Virus record (IMG/VR): IMGVR_UViG_3300025093_000015
Location: 23,711-87,710 of that record
Length of the DNA stretch: 64,000 nt
Source of the DNA: a virus
Direction: 5' to 3' (one strand)
Shown: positions 8,638 to 16,616 of the stretch, piece after piece
How positions within the stretch are numbered: the stretch's first letter is position 1
How the letters are laid out: every line of letters begins with the position of its first letter
The notes under the pieces: model-generated
Databases searched by the model: none
Told to the model about the DNA's origin: nothing
The model's input: only the letters and a program-made list of their open reading frames with translations
Program-made: the position numbers and the translations under genes

Positions 8638-9735
8638 TTAATTATCTAAAGGGTTATAAAAATGTATTTTGTCTTGGTCAAATGTAGATAACGCTGAGTT
8701 AACCCATTTAACATCTACTGTATTTGCATAACATAGTATATGACAGATAGACTGCTCATTAGGTAATAACCTAAGTAATCTACCTATACGTTGTGAAGTT
8801 TTTCTTTCATTACCATATGCATGCATTATAATACCTTGTTTTAAATTAGGTATAGATATACCTTCACTAAGTTGTAATACACAAGACATTTGATTTATTC
8901 TACCATCACTAAATAATTCTAAATTTTCTTCAGATTTTTTATTACCTGAGTGATAACTATGTAAACACATTCTGTCAGCCTGTTTCTTTGTATTAGCAAA
9001 TACAAGACACTTTTGATCTATATTTTTAAGTAAACCTTTTGCATATGCTTCTTTTGTTGGATAATCCATCATAGCTTTCATACGCATTATAGATGCAAAT
9101 TGCTTTTGTTTCTGTGTTTGTGCATCACCTACACGTGATGTAAAATAATCATAGTCTGCCTTTTCTGATGTATACCAGAAACCACCATTCTTAGCTTTCT
9201 TCTTATGTGTTTTAAGCTTAGATAGTTGTAACTCATGTACAATAATTTTGTAATCATTAAGTATATTACTATCTGTAGCCTCATCAACACTATAATTATA
9301 TACAATAGGACAATACTTATTGACCATTTTGTATTTTTCTGTGCCTTTTCTTGGTGGTGTACCAGTTAGACCAAGAATCTTACCTTTATATTCAGATAAA
9401 AATTCATTATGACTATCCAATAAACTGTGACATTCATCAAGATATACTATGTCATAATCATTTGGATTCTTTTTATTTAATGATAAGTATGTTACAAATT
9501 CTATATGTGACAATAACCTATCAGTTAAATTCATTTTTCTTAATTCATCTAACCAAGCATCCATAACAGATAGCTTAGGTATAACAACTAGTGTTTTTAT
9601 AAAAGGATTATAGTTTTTCTGTAGGTGCTGTATAGCAATTCTTGTTTTACCAACACCCATAGAAATACCTAATCCACATCTCTTATTATTTACAGCAAGA
9701 TCTAACGCTTGCTTTTGTACACTATCTCTTCCCAT
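8638..9735 (-). CDS. superfamily 2 helicase
   Basis: MGVGKT, DECH, GLTGT, EGISIP and QRIGR motifs. Confidence 0.9.
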   Translation of the reverse strand: MGRDSVQKQALDLAVNNKRCGLGISMGVGKTRIAIQHLQKNYNPFIKTLVVIPKLSVMDAWLDELRKMNLTDRLLSHIEFVTYLSLNKKNPNDYDIVYLDECHSLLDSHNEFLSEYKGKILGLTGTPPRKGTEKYKMVNKYCPIVYNYSVDEATDSNILNDYKIIVHELQLSKLKTHKKKAKNGGFWYTSEKADYDYFTSRVGDAQTQKQKQFASIMRMKAMMDYPTKEAYAKGLLKNIDQKCLVFANTKKQADRMCLHSYHSGNKKSEENLELFSDGRINQMSCVLQLSEGISIPNLKQGIIMHAYGNERKTSQRIGRLLRLLPNEQSICHILCYANTVDVKWVNSALSTFDQDKIHFYNPLDN

Positions 9736-9973
9736 CTCTCAAATATCTTATAGTTCCCATAGCATGTTCTAATACTTCAATAATATGTTGTTTATCAGTT
9801 TTCATTAACTGATGTACATTTATACTACCATATTTATCTATATTAGTATAGTTTCTAGCTTCAGCTATTTCTTTATTTAATACTTCTTTATAGTGTATCT
9901 GCTTCATGAATTCATGAGCTTCTTTATATTGTTTACCTTCAAGGGCTTGTTTTGCGTTATCTAATTTAGCCAT
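9722..9973 (-). CDS. hypothetical protein
   Basis: 83-aa ORF coupled to the helicase start. Confidence 0.6.
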   Translation of the reverse strand: MAKLDNAKQALEGKQYKEAHEFMKQIHYKEVLNKEIAEARNYTNIDKYGSINVHQLMKTDKQHIIEVLEHAMGTIRYLRDGKR

Positions 9974-9975
9974 AA

Positions 9976-10377
9976 CTAGTCTCTTTTAATTGATAAATTT
10001 AATTCTATTGCTTCTATTGGATGTTCTTCTATCCATGTATGACAAGATCTACACACAGAAAGCCAGGTTGTTGCATCATTATGATACTTACCCCTACCTT
10101 TCATGTGATGTACATCAGTTGATTGTTTAGTACAATTAGGTAAAGCAGCTTGACACATTGGATGTTTAGTAAGAAATACCCCTCTTAACTTACCATACAA
10201 TCCATCAAGTTTCTGCATCTTTGTAGATTTAACCTTAATTGGTTTAACCTTTTTTGATTTAAAAGGCTTACCTGCAAGTTTACCCCAGCAGTTTCTACAA
10301 TATTTATTACCTTCATGATTCTTCCATATATACTGGTCTGTTTCACAACCAGCACAATATTTCTTCTTTGGTTTCAT
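9976..10377 (-). CDS. HNH/His-Me finger nuclease with N-terminal Zn finger
   Basis: CAGC..CRNC; C.....C...STDVHH..GRG...WLSVCRSCH. Confidence 0.7.
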   Translation of the reverse strand: MKPKKKYCAGCETDQYIWKNHEGNKYCRNCWGKLAGKPFKSKKVKPIKVKSTKMQKLDGLYGKLRGVFLTKHPMCQAALPNCTKQSTDVHHMKGRGKYHNDATTWLSVCRSCHTWIEEHPIEAIELNLSIKRD

Positions 10378-10853
10378 TATTTAATGTCAAAAAAGTTAGA
10401 TGGTAATAATCCTTCTGATATAAACTTAACAATCAAATGTTCATATTGAATGCCCATTTCTTTTAAAGTTAGTTTATTCTGATAATCAGATATATAATCA
10501 AAAGGTTGCTCATAAAAAGCTTTACCTAATTTACTACCTGCAAATATAGCAAATATCTTCTGTGAATCATTATAACAAAGTCTTTGCTTCCATCTATTTA
10601 TAACATCTTGAGATCTTTTCCAGACTTTTATAATCCTTCTCTTCTTATCCCAATGCATTTTAGATATTTCTTCTTTGTTATATAACTTAAGACCATGCAA
10701 TACCCTTTTGAATAAAAAGTGTTGCTTTGGATTAAGTTTTTGATACTCTATTTTTCTATCATGAGACATATATTCATCATAGATTTCAAGTTTTCTTAAA
10801 CGTGCTAGATGTTTAGCTACTTTAAGTTGTTGGATTTGTTGTGCGTTTAGCAT
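10377..10853 (-). CDS. hypothetical protein
   Basis: 158-aa ORF. Confidence 0.7.
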   Translation of the reverse strand: MLNAQQIQQLKVAKHLARLRKLEIYDEYMSHDRKIEYQKLNPKQHFLFKRVLHGLKLYNKEEISKMHWDKKRRIIKVWKRSQDVINRWKQRLCYNDSQKIFAIFAGSKLGKAFYEQPFDYISDYQNKLTLKEMGIQYEHLIVKFISEGLLPSNFFDIK

Positions 10854-10890
10854 GTCAGTATAGTTTTAAGTTTATATTAAGTTTGAGTAA

Positions 10891-10920
10891 TAAAAAAAGA
10901 GGGGCACATGGCCCCCCTTA
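10891..10920 (-). terminator. intrinsic terminator
   Basis: Minus strand AAGGGGGGC-CATGT-GCCCCTC followed by a T7 run. Confidence 0.7.
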
Positions 10921-10944
10921 GAAACAAAATAATAGTAATTAGGA

Positions 10945-11577
10945 TTAATCTAACTCAAAAGTTACATCATCATCCTCATCAACTACCACTTCTTCTTTTG
11001 ATTCTATTTCTTCAATAGAATCTTCTAAATCTACTTGCTTGTTACGTCTAGTAGACTTAGGCTTTTCTTCTTCATCATTAGCAGTCATTTCTTCCATTTG
11101 TTCTTTGGTTATCTTAACTGCTTTTGACTCAACACCATTAGCTTCTCTAATAGCTGCACCATTAGTATGAGCAATAAGTGTATCATGATCATTCATATCC
11201 ATAGAATAAAATGATTTTCTGTATATAGGACAGTCTACTTCACCTGTCTCTGGGTTAACACCTACACATACTATGCCTGTGTCCCCTGCTACTTTAAGAT
11301 CTCTATCAGGATTATCTGAACTAAATGGTTCAAATGATTCTCTAACAACAATCTTACCAGGCAATGTTTTTGCCTCAGCTAAACCTGTAGCTTGTAAGTC
11401 TTCTACAGTACCATGTATCAAGGTACTTCTACTCTGCTTCTTGACCCAGTTTCCGTTGCCAATAGCAGTTGTTTCCTGTACTAATCTAACGTGTCCAAAT
11501 TCAGGATTATTTTTGGATACTCTAATTACACTACCGTTGTCATCTGCAACAATAGTAACTTTACCATTTTCAGTCAT
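10945..11577 (-). CDS. hypothetical protein with acidic C-terminus (possible ssDNA-binding protein)
   Basis: Beta-rich core; tail DEDDDVTFELD. Confidence 0.65.
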   Translation of the reverse strand: MTENGKVTIVADDNGSVIRVSKNNPEFGHVRLVQETTAIGNGNWVKKQSRSTLIHGTVEDLQATGLAEAKTLPGKIVVRESFEPFSSDNPDRDLKVAGDTGIVCVGVNPETGEVDCPIYRKSFYSMDMNDHDTLIAHTNGAAIREANGVESKAVKITKEQMEEMTANDEEEKPKSTRRNKQVDLEDSIEEIESKEEVVVDEDDDVTFELD

Positions 11578-11619
11578 GTCAAAATTGGTTTTAAAAATTA
11601 ATAAAAAGTGTGAATAAAT

Positions 11620-11895
11620 TTAAATGTCATCAGGACGAAAGTAATCATCCTGGAACTTCTCTATATCAGGTATCTCATCAAGACGTTGTTCTCTGTCTTC
11701 TGGTAACATACCATCATCTGTTTTTTGTTTTTTAGTTTTTGAACTATGTAATGCAGATTTAAAGAAAGGATCTACTGGATCAGATGTATACTGGTCACCA
11801 AGACAGGCAAGCTCATGAAGCTCATCATCAGTCATATCTAAGTATTGTTCAATACTTAAATGTATAACTCTGCCATTTGGTAACTGGTATATCAT
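11620..11895 (-). CDS. hypothetical acidic protein
   Basis: 91-aa ORF; TATTTTTG (-7-like element) at 11900-11907 just upstream. Confidence 0.7.
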   Translation of the reverse strand: MIYQLPNGRVIHLSIEQYLDMTDDELHELACLGDQYTSDPVDPFFKSALHSSKTKKQKTDDGMLPEDREQRLDEIPDIEKFQDDYFRPDDI

Positions 11896-11985
11896 TTAAC
11901 AAAAATATCAAAAATTATCAGTGATAATACATACTTTTGTTGATACAGCAATATTTATTAATAGAAGTATAGCTATCTATTAATA

Positions 11986-12564
11986 TTAATCATAAAGATT
12001 TATTATATCCTTACTAAAAATTGCCTTTTTTCTTGCATAAAGATCACTCTTCTTTAGCATTTCATTAGTCCAAGTGTTACAAGTATACAATAATGAATAC
12101 TTACCTTTAGCTTTGTAATACCAACCATTATTTATTGTATCTATGACTCTAATTTTATTTCCATTAGAATCAAGCACATATGATTTTTTTACATTTAAAT
12201 GTAACATTTCTAATTGATACTTATCTACAAGAACAGGTATCCAGTGATCTTGTTTATTATAATGACGGATTTCTCTTATTACAACATCTTCCCTATTATT
12301 AGAAACATGTAAGTAATCTTTATAACTTGCATCATTCCATGTTGGAATGTTCATAAAGAAATGTGCTGCACCCCATCCATATGAAGTATACTCTCCATCT
12401 GTTGGTAATACTAAATCTACATGCACACCATTATCATTTAAATAAACAGTATCTACTATTTTTCTTGTGTCACCAAAAAATAAACATTTTTGATGATTTA
12501 CAGTAGGATTATAGTCACATCCTATAAAAACTGATGCTACTAATATTATTATTATTTTTTTCAT
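11986..12564 (-). CDS. DUF2459-like lipoprotein
   Basis: Signal peptide ending FIGC; NGVHVDLVLP, YGWG and YSLLYTCNTW motifs. Confidence 0.7.
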   Translation of the reverse strand: MKKIIIILVASVFIGCDYNPTVNHQKCLFFGDTRKIVDTVYLNDNGVHVDLVLPTDGEYTSYGWGAAHFFMNIPTWNDASYKDYLHVSNNREDVVIREIRHYNKQDHWIPVLVDKYQLEMLHLNVKKSYVLDSNGNKIRVIDTINNGWYYKAKGKYSLLYTCNTWTNEMLKKSDLYARKKAIFSKDIINLYD

Positions 12565-12803
12565 TTTAGTAATTTTATTATTTTACCTTCTCTTTTAATA
12601 TATTTTGCATCTTTTAACTCTTTTATACCCCTGCTAACGGTACTATAACCAACATTCAACATATCAGCTATAGTTCCATTGCTAGGGAAACAAGTACGGC
12701 TTTTATTAGCATGTATACAGTATACACTATATACACATTTTGCTATCAATGATAGTTCTGGATCAGATATAACTTCATGCGAAACTATTCCAAACCTTTC
12801 CAT
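12561..12803 (-). CDS. HTH_36-type winged-helix protein
   Basis: LSLIAKCVY...CFPSNGTIADMLNVGYSTVSRGIKELKDAKYI. Confidence 0.75.
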   Translation of the reverse strand: MERFGIVSHEVISDPELSLIAKCVYSVYCIHANKSRTCFPSNGTIADMLNVGYSTVSRGIKELKDAKYIKREGKIIKLLK

Positions 12804-13228
12804 TTATCTAAAGGTATTGCTACAATATCTTTAGTATATACTTCTACACTTGTAGATATAGGTTTATTATCACGTAAAGTAACACACTCCACATGCATCT
12901 TATAATAAGTAGGATTAAAATCACTACCATAAGATGTGTCACCAGTTATCATGCCGTAATGATAACCTTCTTTATCTACAAATCCTAGATCTTGTAGTAC
13001 ATCTATGTTTACACTATCAAATTCATACTTATCAGGTTTAAACTTAATCTTTTGATTCTTGTTTAAAAGTATATAGTCTGGTGTAGACATAATGTGCATT
13101 AATAATTCTATCTGTGAATCATTCAACATATACAATACTGCATCTGCTGCTTTACCAGCTTCTTGGTTAAACAAGTCAGATAATAGTATCTTTAGTTGTG
13201 GTACAGTAAGCTTTATGCTCCGTTCCAT
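12785..13228 (-). CDS. hypothetical protein
   Basis: 147-aa ORF. Confidence 0.7.
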   Translation of the reverse strand: MERSIKLTVPQLKILLSDLFNQEAGKAADAVLYMLNDSQIELLMHIMSTPDYILLNKNQKIKFKPDKYEFDSVNIDVLQDLGFVDKEGYHYGMITGDTSYGSDFNPTYYKMHVECVTLRDNKPISTSVEVYTKDIVAIPLDKWKGLE

Positions 13229-13356
13229 AATAATTCAGGATTAAATATTGCCAAAACCATACATATAACTACTGAAATAGTAAATGCACATATGATTAAT
13301 GTTGTAAAAAGGAATTTCCATTGCTGTTTTACAAATGTTAAAAAGTTTCTTACCAT
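13213..13356 (-). CDS. small membrane peptide (47 aa)
   Basis: Not in the ORF track. MVRNFLTFVKQQWKFLFTTLIICAFTISVVICMVLAIFNPELLWNGA. Confidence 0.5.
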   Translation of the reverse strand: MVRNFLTFVKQQWKFLFTTLIICAFTISVVICMVLAIFNPELLWNGA

Positions 13357-13381
13357 AATAATCTATTTAATTAGTTAACTG

Positions 13382-13455
13382 TACACCCAGTAGGACTTGA
13401 ACCTACAACCTACAGCTTAGAAGGCTGTTGCTCTATCCAATTGAGCTATGGGTGC
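13382..13455 (-). tRNA. tRNA-Arg(UCU)
   Basis: GCACCCA-TAGCTCAATTGGATAGAGC-A-ACAGC-CTTCTAA-GCTGT-AGGTT-GTAGGTTCAAGTCCTAC-TGGGTGT-A; canonical cloverleaf, CCA not encoded. Confidence 0.95.
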
Positions 13456-13569
13456 AAACATGACAGTAAGAGTAGCTGTTACACTACCCTTACTATCTCT
13501 CACTCAAACTTAATAACCATTACTGACTATTAAATCATTAGTAACTATATACTGGTACTGTTATGTTTC

Positions 13570-14172
13570 TCATATATGAGAAATATCTACCATTATACGG
13601 TGACTGTCATAGCACTCATGCTCAGGATCAAGGTGTCTACCTTCCTTTACAAAAGCTTTAACTCTTTTGATAAGACCTTGATTGTCTTTTATCATTTTGA
13701 GTTGTGTGTAACTATCCATAAAAGCTATACCAGGTTTACTAGTTTTAAGTTTAAAGTCAATACTATGACAACTTGCAAATAATTCACAAGTGTAATCATC
13801 CATATCAACATCACCAAACATAGTCTTAAAAGGTTTAACTTCTATTAGATAATCACTAATAGCTTGTTTGAAATACTTTGGTGTATTCCAAGTACCAAGA
13901 TGAAAACATATCTCAGTCAAGTTATCTTTGGTCATGTATGTTTGTACACATACACCACCAAAGTAACTACAGACATATTCCAAATCACCGTTAACAACAT
14001 CCATTCTTCTATGGATCTTGTTTATTTTGTTACAGTCAGTTTGAAATATCTTACGACTATGGTAAGAGGTAATGCACTCTGCATCCCTCTTCCATAGATT
14101 TTTCCAAAAGTTTAACAATTTGTTAATCACTTTCCACGGTTTTTTTGTGTCCAGAATTTCCATGTCTGCCAC
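13570..14172 (-). CDS. hypothetical protein
   Basis: 200-aa ORF; exact start uncertain. Confidence 0.6.
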   Translation of the reverse strand: MADMEILDTKKPWKVINKLLNFWKNLWKRDAECITSYHSRKIFQTDCNKINKIHRRMDVVNGDLEYVCSYFGGVCVQTYMTKDNLTEICFHLGTWNTPKYFKQAISDYLIEVKPFKTMFGDVDMDDYTCELFASCHSIDFKLKTSKPGIAFMDSYTQLKMIKDNQGLIKRVKAFVKEGRHLDPEHECYDSHRIMVDISHI

Positions 14173-14390
14173 TGGTTATACTTCTTTTTAACATCAAACA
14201 ACCACACTAATGATACAATTAAGTATACCCAAAACAATGTCATGAATATAGTTTTTGATGTATCAGGATGAGGTTGTAACCATTCAATCAATAAGATTGA
14301 AGATAAACCACTTATTAAAGTGGCAAATACTGCTGTAATCCATGCAACAAGAATCTTTGCTGGTGGATTAAAATTTTTAAATCTGTTCAT
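14127..14390 (-). CDS. two-TM membrane protein
   Basis: Two hydrophobic helices and a basic C-terminus. Confidence 0.6.
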   Translation of the reverse strand: MNRFKNFNPPAKILVAWITAVFATLISGLSSILLIEWLQPHPDTSKTIFMTLFWVYLIVSLVWLFDVKKKYNQWQTWKFWTQKNRGK

Positions 14391-14539
14391 AGTCTAGATT
14401 TTTTAAAGTTATACGTGAGTTCAATGTCAAGAAAAGGTAATAACAATATAAAATCTATTGACTTACTTCTCTTTTGGTAGCCAAATCCTACACCAATGAA
14501 TGGTATAACACCTAGTCTACAGTTAAATTTCTTTTTCAT
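14387..14539 (-). CDS. small hypothetical protein (50 aa)
   Basis: Not in the ORF track. MKKKFNCRLGVIPFIGVGFGYQKR...KSRL; ATGA overlap with the next gene. Confidence 0.5.
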   Translation of the reverse strand: MKKKFNCRLGVIPFIGVGFGYQKRSKSIDFILLLPFLDIELTYNFKKSRL

Positions 14540-14581
14540 AATAGTAATTTAATGGTTAATAATAAAGTTTGAGTTAATAAA

Positions 14582-14705
14582 TGATGAGTGACACTAGTGC
14601 AGGTCTTGTTTTTATTTGGGCATTTGTATGGATTTCTCCATCTCCCTGTCCTCAGAGATTGCTACTCTGTTATGCTTCATTACACTAGCAGACTGTCACT
14701 CATCA
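14582..14705 (-). ncRNA. candidate structured ncRNA domain
   Basis: 12-bp plus 6-bp closing stem with a 5-nt bulge; internal GAAA- and GCAA-capped hairpins. Confidence 0.55.
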
Positions 14706-14996
14706 AGTTTAAATTGCAAACCATCTTTAATCTTGCAAGAGTACGTCTATATTTTTCAATATATAAAGATGGTTCTAACCTTCACGATAAGGACTTACTA
14801 TGGTATTACAGTAATGACCAACCCAATACTGCCTATTCAAATGATGGTGTATTATATTAAAGCAGTTTATCTTCTTGCTTAGGAATACGCTGTTGCCAAT
14901 GTTATGAAATTGACTAATAGTACAGCCTTTCTATTTTTTAATATTGCGGATACATATATGCTCATCCTATAGAGAGAGAACATAAATATAATATAG

Positions 14997-15093
14997 GCTA
15001 TAACAACAAGTCTCTATCTATTACCGAATCTAACGGCTGAGTGGTCAAGAGGCCAATAGATGACTCTCACATCTTAAACCTTGTCATTATAGC
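14997..15093 (-). ncRNA. candidate pseudoknotted ncRNA domain
   Basis: 14-bp closing stem with two G-U pairs that form only on the minus strand; internal crossing pairings. Confidence 0.5.
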
Positions 15094-15293
15094 TATATTA
15101 TATATTACTGTGATTAACAGTTGTAGTTGTGGATTAAAGTGGTAATATGTGGGAAATAAGATCTCACACACACAATTTAATGCACACAATTAATTTTTTT
15201 GTCACTCAATTGTATTAAGTGTTAGTGTAACTGTGCATAGTAGTGTGGATGTAACGTAGCTATGCAGAGTTACAGCAAGTACTAAACAGAATC

Positions 15294-15587
15294 TTAGATA
15301 GATTCTGCCCAGTACATACCAGTTGGTTCATCTGTTTCCTGGTCAAGGACCGGATTAGATGACAACTGGAATCCCTTAATCTCTTGGTTCTTCTTAAGAC
15401 CAAGAGTGGATGGGTCAAGGGAATTACCTGATTCATCCATAAGGCATAGTAGACCGTAGGTCACGGAGCCTTGTTCTCTGTCATAGACAGTTACACCGTT
15501 GATAGTGGACTTTTTAGTCCCTAGCACGGCAGTTTTTACTATGATAGTATTATTTACTATCTTGTGGAAAAAAATTGACTTTGTCAT
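15294..15587 (-). CDS. hypothetical protein, first gene of the leftward block
   Basis: Start MTKSIFF at 15587, preceded by TAAAACCAAAAAAA; markedly higher GC than the rest of the window. Confidence 0.65.
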   Translation of the reverse strand: MTKSIFFHKIVNNTIIVKTAVLGTKKSTINGVTVYDREQGSVTYGLLCLMDESGNSLDPSTLGLKKNQEIKGFQLSSNPVLDQETDEPTGMYWAESI

Positions 15588-15717
15588 TTTTTTTGGTTTT
15601 AATTGATCCACACTTTGACATAGGGGGTGGATATTGCCCAATGATAAGACGGGGAGCTGATCAGTAAAACCTTTTCACAACTTAACACATACAAAATTTC
15701 CATAGGCCAAAAATTTT

Positions 15718-15735
15718 TAGTATATTATAGTATAC
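15718..15735 (+). promoter_or_regulatory. GTATATTAT late-promoter-like motif
   Basis: One of seven intergenic copies upstream of plus-strand operons. Confidence 0.5.
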
Positions 15736-15783
15736 ATAGATCCTTTATAGAAAGGTTTGTTTAACACTTAAAAAATAAAATAG

Positions 15784-16104
15784 ATGGACAATTATGACTC
15801 ATTTGATGACATGGATGGAATGGATGGTCTAACACTCTCACAAAGGATGCATGTAGAGGAATTGATAATAGATGCAGCGTTTAGAAACTCATTTAAGATT
15901 ATAACTGGTAATAAGACTTTAGAGGATTTACTTGATAAGAAGTCTGATGATCCAAACGCAATGCACGCAATATGTGCGCATGAGCCTGGTGAAGAGCCAA
16001 GCATAGATACACTAGAAAATATGATGGCGTATTTTGTAGAAACTGAGGAATATGAAAAATGCGCTAAAATAAGGGATATAATAAATGTACGTATACAAGG
16101 CTAA
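15784..16104 (+). CDS. protein with C-terminal UvrB/UvrC-like coiled-coil motif
   Basis: FVETEEYEKCAKIRD. Confidence 0.6.
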   Translation: MDNYDSFDDMDGMDGLTLSQRMHVEELIIDAAFRNSFKIITGNKTLEDLLDKKSDDPNAMHAICAHEPGEEPSIDTLENMMAYFVETEEYEKCAKIRDIINVRIQG

Positions 16105-16450
16105 ACTTGATAGAGTAGTTGATGGTGACACAGTAGATGCTATCATTGACTTGGGGTTTGATATAACAGTTCACAAAAGAATCCGCTTGATAGGAATTAA
16201 TACTCCTGAGTCAAGAACTCGTGATCTAGAAGAAAAGAAACGTGGACTAGCAGCAAAACAGGCATTGATTGACTTGCTGACAAAAGATAATGAGGAAGAA
16301 TACTTCATTGTTGAAAGTGAAAAGGTAGGAAAATATGGACGTGTACTTGGTAAATTACATGCATTGATAGAAAACAAGGAATGTTGTTTGAATGAAAAAC
16401 TAATAGAAATGGGTCATGCCGTGGAATATCATGGCGGTAAAAGAAAATAA
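16085..16450 (+). CDS. thermonuclease (SNase) family nuclease
   Basis: RVVDGDTVD, RIRLIGINTPE and GKYGRVLG motifs. Confidence 0.85.
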   Translation: MYVYKAKLDRVVDGDTVDAIIDLGFDITVHKRIRLIGINTPESRTRDLEEKKRGLAAKQALIDLLTKDNEEEYFIVESEKVGKYGRVLGKLHALIENKECCLNEKLIEMGHAVEYHGGKRK

Positions 16451-16451
16451 A

Positions 16452-16616
16452 ATGGCAAAGAAGAAAAAGAAAAAAGCTAAAAGAGACGCTTGTTACCATA
16501 AGGTAAGATCAAGATATAGTGTATGGCCATCAGCTTATGCATCTGGGGCACTAGTAAGATGTAGAAAGGTAGGGGCTGCTAACTGGGGCAACAAGTCTAA
16601 AAAGAAAAAGAAATAA
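16452..16616 (+). CDS. small basic protein (DUF5872-like)
   Basis: MAKKKKKKAKRDACYHKVRSRYSVWPSAYASGALVRCRK. Confidence 0.65.
   Translation: MAKKKKKKAKRDACYHKVRSRYSVWPSAYASGALVRCRKVGAANWGNKSKKKKK

Noticed and set aside
13340-13381. Theta (HDV-like) ribozyme downstream of the tRNA
   Set aside because: The sequence 3' of the tRNA is AT-rich with no nested pseudoknot.
14640-14706. Hammerhead ribozyme (CUGAGGA and UGAUGA on the minus strand)
   Set aside because: I could not build stems II and III with the GAAA...UH core in the required order. Kept only as an unknown structured RNA.
14588-14882. Plus-strand ORFs 14588-14860 and 14616-14882
   Set aside because: Non-ATG starts, atypical composition, opposite to local transcription, and overlapping the RNA structures.
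14540-15293. CRISPR mini-array, tmRNA, RNase P or retron msr-msd
   Set aside because: No regularly spaced direct repeats, no tRNA-like tmRNA ends, no RNase P consensus, and no reverse transcriptase in the window.
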